A stretch of DNA of 64,000 nt from a virus (lineage: Duplodnaviria; Heunggongvirae; Uroviricota; Caudoviricetes). Below, piece by piece: positions 60,932 through 64,000 of the stretch (the stretch's first letter is position 1; each line of letters opens with the position of its first letter). The stretch lies in IMG/VR virus record IMGVR_UViG_3300037484_000445, positions 131,863 to 195,862 of that record; one strand, written 5' to 3'. Below the pieces are notes generated by a model. The model did not search any database. It was given only the letters and a program-made list of their open reading frames with translations, and was not told where the DNA came from. The position numbers were made by a program, and so were the translations under genes.

Positions 60932-60937
60932 GGTGTA
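60932..60937 (+). promoter_or_regulatory. GGTGTA promoter motif
   Basis: 18 nt before ATG 60956. Confidence 0.6.
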
Positions 60938-60955
60938 TAGAGGGCGAGAGTTCAC

Positions 60956-61336
60956 ATGAACCCTCGCCCTAGTGCTTTAAAGGTCTTCGCAGCTCTCGAG
61001 ATGAAAGTCGGTGAGTCTGCACACAACGTAATTGAGGCTTTCACCCGAGCATCCGTCGCTAAAGGTCATACCTTCGACGTACTGGACTTTCTCGGTATTC
61101 TGCCCTTAGGGAAGGTCAAGTACGTCCGTTTTCGAACGGACTCACCCAACATTCAAGGGATCTTGGATGATCGCAATGTAGTGTTTTTCAAGAACGGTGA
61201 ATACGTAGCTCAGAACCCGGCTGGTGGGTTTTTGGGTCGTGTCTCAGGGTCTTCTATGCAACAACCTTATGACCCAAGTCTTCATCGAGAGTACCGTGGA
61301 CCCCGTCTTCAACACTGGGAACGGCAGTTCCTTTGA
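60956..61336 (+). CDS. Hypothetical protein
   Basis: 126-aa ORF with the upstream motif. Confidence 0.6.
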   Translation: MNPRPSALKVFAALEMKVGESAHNVIEAFTRASVAKGHTFDVLDFLGILPLGKVKYVRFRTDSPNIQGILDDRNVVFFKNGEYVAQNPAGGFLGRVSGSSMQQPYDPSLHREYRGPRLQHWERQFL

Positions 61337-61358
61337 TAGGCTGCCCTCGAGTAGAACC

Positions 61359-62123
61359 ATGAAAGTCGCAACCATTCAATTTGCTCCTAAGTTCAAGGCT
61401 CGTGAGGCTAACATTAGGTCCATGGTAGCGATGGCCGAGGCTGCCGCTCAAAGCGGCGCCAACTTGATCGTCCTTCCGGAGATGGCCACAACGGGTTACA
61501 GCTTCATGGGGTTTAGCGATGCTATCCCTCATGCCGAATGCATCGACACTTTCCCTCAAGAGATCGACAAGCACTTCATACCGCTATCATTGATGGCCAT
61601 GCAAGTACTGGTCGACAAATACGCAGTGGCCATTGCTTGGGGTACGATGACCGTGAATACTGACCGCACGCAGCTGTACAACAGCCAAGTGCTCATGACG
61701 CCTAACACACTGGTGTCCTATAACAAGGTCAACTCTTGGGGAAATGACTACCTTTGGGCAACCGAAGGATCTTCGAGTCCACCGATTGTGACCTTCATGG
61801 GCAAACGTGTTGGGCTACTTATCTGTCGAGATGTTCGAGACAAGGGATCGAAGGGATCAGGCCTCGAGGACTTTTACGAGAAGGGTGACGCCGACCTCGT
61901 CTGCTTCTCTTCAAATTTTGGTAAAGGTGGCTTCCCACCTGTGTCTTGGATTAACTTCGCCAAAGACAATGAAACCTGGTTCATTGTCTCAAATCGTTAT
62001 GGCCTTGAAGAGCACAACGACTTCGGACTCGGAGGGATTTGCGTTATCGAGCCTTCGGGTAAGGTCCAGTGCGAAGGGCTCCTATGGGATAAGCCTTGCA
62101 TCGTTTATGCTGACATCCCCTAG
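61359..62123 (+). CDS. Carbon-nitrogen hydrolase (nitrilase superfamily amidase)
   Basis: MKVATIQF start; catalytic triad LPEM (E), YNK (K), LICRD (C); SNRYG.E. Confidence 0.9.
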   Translation: MKVATIQFAPKFKAREANIRSMVAMAEAAAQSGANLIVLPEMATTGYSFMGFSDAIPHAECIDTFPQEIDKHFIPLSLMAMQVLVDKYAVAIAWGTMTVNTDRTQLYNSQVLMTPNTLVSYNKVNSWGNDYLWATEGSSSPPIVTFMGKRVGLLICRDVRDKGSKGSGLEDFYEKGDADLVCFSSNFGKGGFPPVSWINFAKDNETWFIVSNRYGLEEHNDFGLGGICVIEPSGKVQCEGLLWDKPCIVYADIP

Positions 62124-62596
62124 AGTTCGGCGATTACGGTTCGAACCAGACGCATCATAGCCAACCCAGCTGTCTCGGGTTCGGCTAGGACTTGCTTGGT
62201 GATCATCTTTTTGAAATCCGGGGTTCTGTCAAGTTTGTACGGTGTGAACCCGAAGGAAATATGCGCTTTGGGGCCCTGCATGGCTATGGTCATGCTGAAG
62301 GCATCAATTCTTTGACGCGGTGCCATGAAATAAAAAATACGCCCTTGGCTTTCACTGGCATTGATGTAGTAGCGTTCGCCTTGGCTCTTCTTCAGCAGTT
62401 CGAGGATCTTTGGGATGAATACCCCAACAGAATCACGGGCTTCGTCCAAGGACACCAGACTTTTAGTGTCTGGCACATAGGCCTGGCGATCCTTGAAGAA
62501 AGCCGCCAAAAGGGCTTGAGGTATGGAAGGCTGCCAGCCGCTTGATATGAGCTTGTGGGCAAATCGTGACGCAACTCTTTGGGCTTGGCGTGACAT
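62120..62596 (-). CDS. Hypothetical protein with N-terminal RVASRF motif
   Basis: Convergent with the nitrilase gene (shared CTAG); protein-like composition. Confidence 0.65.
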   Translation of the reverse strand: MSRQAQRVASRFAHKLISSGWQPSIPQALLAAFFKDRQAYVPDTKSLVSLDEARDSVGVFIPKILELLKKSQGERYYINASESQGRIFYFMAPRQRIDAFSMTIAMQGPKAHISFGFTPYKLDRTPDFKKMITKQVLAEPETAGLAMMRLVRTVIAEL

Positions 62597-62625
62597 CACT
62601 TGTGGAGTCTCAAAAAAGCTTTCGT

Positions 62626-62631
62626 GGTGTA
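62626..62631 (+). promoter_or_regulatory. GGTGTA promoter motif
   Basis: 12 nt before the clpX ATG; no SD. Confidence 0.65.
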
Positions 62632-62643
62632 TAGGCGCCTAAG

Positions 62644-63873
62644 ATGGATTCTTGCACAATTTGTGACCGCCCCAGAAACGAGGTTAAGGTCCTAGTCCCG
62701 GCTAAGAAGCCAGGGAAGTTTCTGTGTGATCGCTGTTTTGACGCAGCTAAGGTTCTCTTGCAGGGGGCCCCTAAGACGGCAAGCAAGAAAGAGGAAGCCC
62801 CCCTTCAAAAACCTCGAGAAATCAAAGTCTCGTTGGATGCTTACGTGATATCTCAGGAGCCGGCCAAGGTGGATATGTCCGTAGCCATCTACGAGCACTA
62901 CAAGCGCCGAGATGCCCTGAGGAAGAGTATCGACTTAGGTGTCGAGATCCAGAAGAGCAACATCCTATTGATGGGACCCAGCGGAACCGGAAAGACCCAG
63001 ATAGCTCGTTCAATTGCTCGTATGCTGGGTGTACCCTTCTACGTCGGCGATGCCACTAAATTGACTTCAGCAGGTTACGTGGGAGATGACGTAGAATCCT
63101 TGCTTCAAGGGCTTTTGGCTGATTGCGACAATGATGTGGACCGGGCTCAGTGGGGTATCATCTTCATTGATGAGTTCGACAAGCTAGCGAGGAAGAGTGG
63201 TCGAGGGGCGACAGGGTTCAGGGATGTTTCGGGAGAAGGGGTTCAACAAGCCCTCTTGAAAATCTTGGAGGGCTCCAAAGTCCAAGTACCCTTAGGGTCT
63301 GGTTTGATGAACACCTCTTGCGTCAGCCTGGATACTACCAACGTGCTCTTCATCTGTGCAGGATCTTTTGCCGGCATAGATGATGTCGTCAAGCGCCGGG
63401 TCAATAAGAGTGTGAAGATGGGTTTTGGTGCGGAGGCTCGGAAAGATCTGACAGATGCTGACGTGTACAGTGCCGTCAGTGAGGATGACATCCTCGAGTT
63501 TGGATTCATTCCAGAATTGTTGGGGCGTATTCCGATTCACACAACGACTTTACCTTTGACTGAGGATGAGATGGTTCGCATTTTGACTGAACCTAAGGAT
63601 GCCCTCATCAAGCAATTCCAAGCACTTTTCAAGTTGGATGGCGTGAATCTGACTTTCGAGGATGATGCCCTTCGGGCGATCGGTCGGGAGGCCACAACTC
63701 GTCCGACGGGAGCGCGAGCTCTTAGGAGTATTGTCACGAAAATACTAAAGCCTTTCGCCTACGATACCCCCAGTGACCCGGGGATTCTTGAGATTCGTGT
63801 GACCAAGGACTTGGTTGAAGGTAAGGGGGAAGCCCTTATCACACGTGAAACAGCCTTGAAGCCCGAGTCTTAA
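62644..63873 (+). CDS. clpX: ClpX-like ATP-dependent unfoldase
   Basis: CxxC...CxxC Zn domain, KSNILLMGPSGTGKT, GYVG, IDEFDK, RDVSGEGVQQALLK, MGF loop, TGARALR. Confidence 0.95.
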   Translation: MDSCTICDRPRNEVKVLVPAKKPGKFLCDRCFDAAKVLLQGAPKTASKKEEAPLQKPREIKVSLDAYVISQEPAKVDMSVAIYEHYKRRDALRKSIDLGVEIQKSNILLMGPSGTGKTQIARSIARMLGVPFYVGDATKLTSAGYVGDDVESLLQGLLADCDNDVDRAQWGIIFIDEFDKLARKSGRGATGFRDVSGEGVQQALLKILEGSKVQVPLGSGLMNTSCVSLDTTNVLFICAGSFAGIDDVVKRRVNKSVKMGFGAEARKDLTDADVYSAVSEDDILEFGFIPELLGRIPIHTTTLPLTEDEMVRILTEPKDALIKQFQALFKLDGVNLTFEDDALRAIGREATTRPTGARALRSIVTKILKPFAYDTPSDPGILEIRVTKDLVEGKGEALITRETALKPES

Positions 63874-63882
63874 TCCGTTTAT
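63871..63882 (+). promoter_or_regulatory. Putative late promoter motif TAATCCGTTTAT
   Basis: 17 nt before ATG 63900. Confidence 0.55.
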
Positions 63883-63899
63883 CGGGCACTCTTAGCAGA

Positions 63900-64000
63900 A
63901 TGACCCCCACTGTTGCCCAAGCTCGTAGAGTCGTTGCTCGCTATAAGGGTGCCATGGAGCATCCTTCGGAAGAGGCTCGGAAGGAGTACTTGAAGGAACA
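63900..64000 (+). CDS. 3'-truncated protein beginning MTPTVAQARRVVARYK
   Basis: Open to the window end; upstream motif; shares the N-terminal motif of 62120..62596. Confidence 0.6.
   Translation, partial: MTPTVAQARRVVARYKGAMEHPSEEARKEYLKE

Noticed and set aside
1-64000. Stop-codon reassignment (TAG read-through)
   Set aside because: Very long ORFs are intact under the standard code, and TAG ends genes at sensible boundaries such as dnaB and the nitrilase gene.
1-64000. CRISPR array, tRNA or rRNA genes
   Set aside because: Intergenic gaps are all short; no repeat-spacer pattern or cloverleaf recognised by eye.

Overview
This window is a 64-kb slice of a large (jumbo-type) contractile-tailed dsDNA bacteriophage genome, almost all on the + strand, standard genetic code. 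1-38 kb is a long late operon of baseplate and tail-fibre genes: a gp5/VgrG-like spike, a gp25-like wedge, a baseplate-J-like protein, a P2-gpI-like protein, LamG/propeller adhesins and two paralogous giant fibre proteins. It ends at a bidirectional terminator. Next comes a convergent host-like lipoprotein with myxobacterial-style Gly/Thr/Ser linkers, suggesting a Myxococcota host. 40.6-43 kb is an unusual putative lysis cassette: holin-like, inner-membrane-anchored protein, CHAP-like amidase and a secreted beta-barrel-like protein. 43-54.4 kb is a replication block: DNA MTase, intein-containing SNF2 helicase, degenerate loader, DnaB, stand-alone primase Zn finger and family A polymerase. 54.4-64 kb is a proteostasis-like accessory block: DUF2997/DUF1257/Ycf46-AAA trio, a possible degenerate capsid paralog, VWA protein, nitrilase-family amidase and ClpX. 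Two recurrent upstream motifs (GGTGTA and WARTCNNYTTWT-like) look like two temporal classes of phage promoter, many placed for leaderless or short-leader transcripts. All family assignments come from motif recognition by eye; no database search was run.
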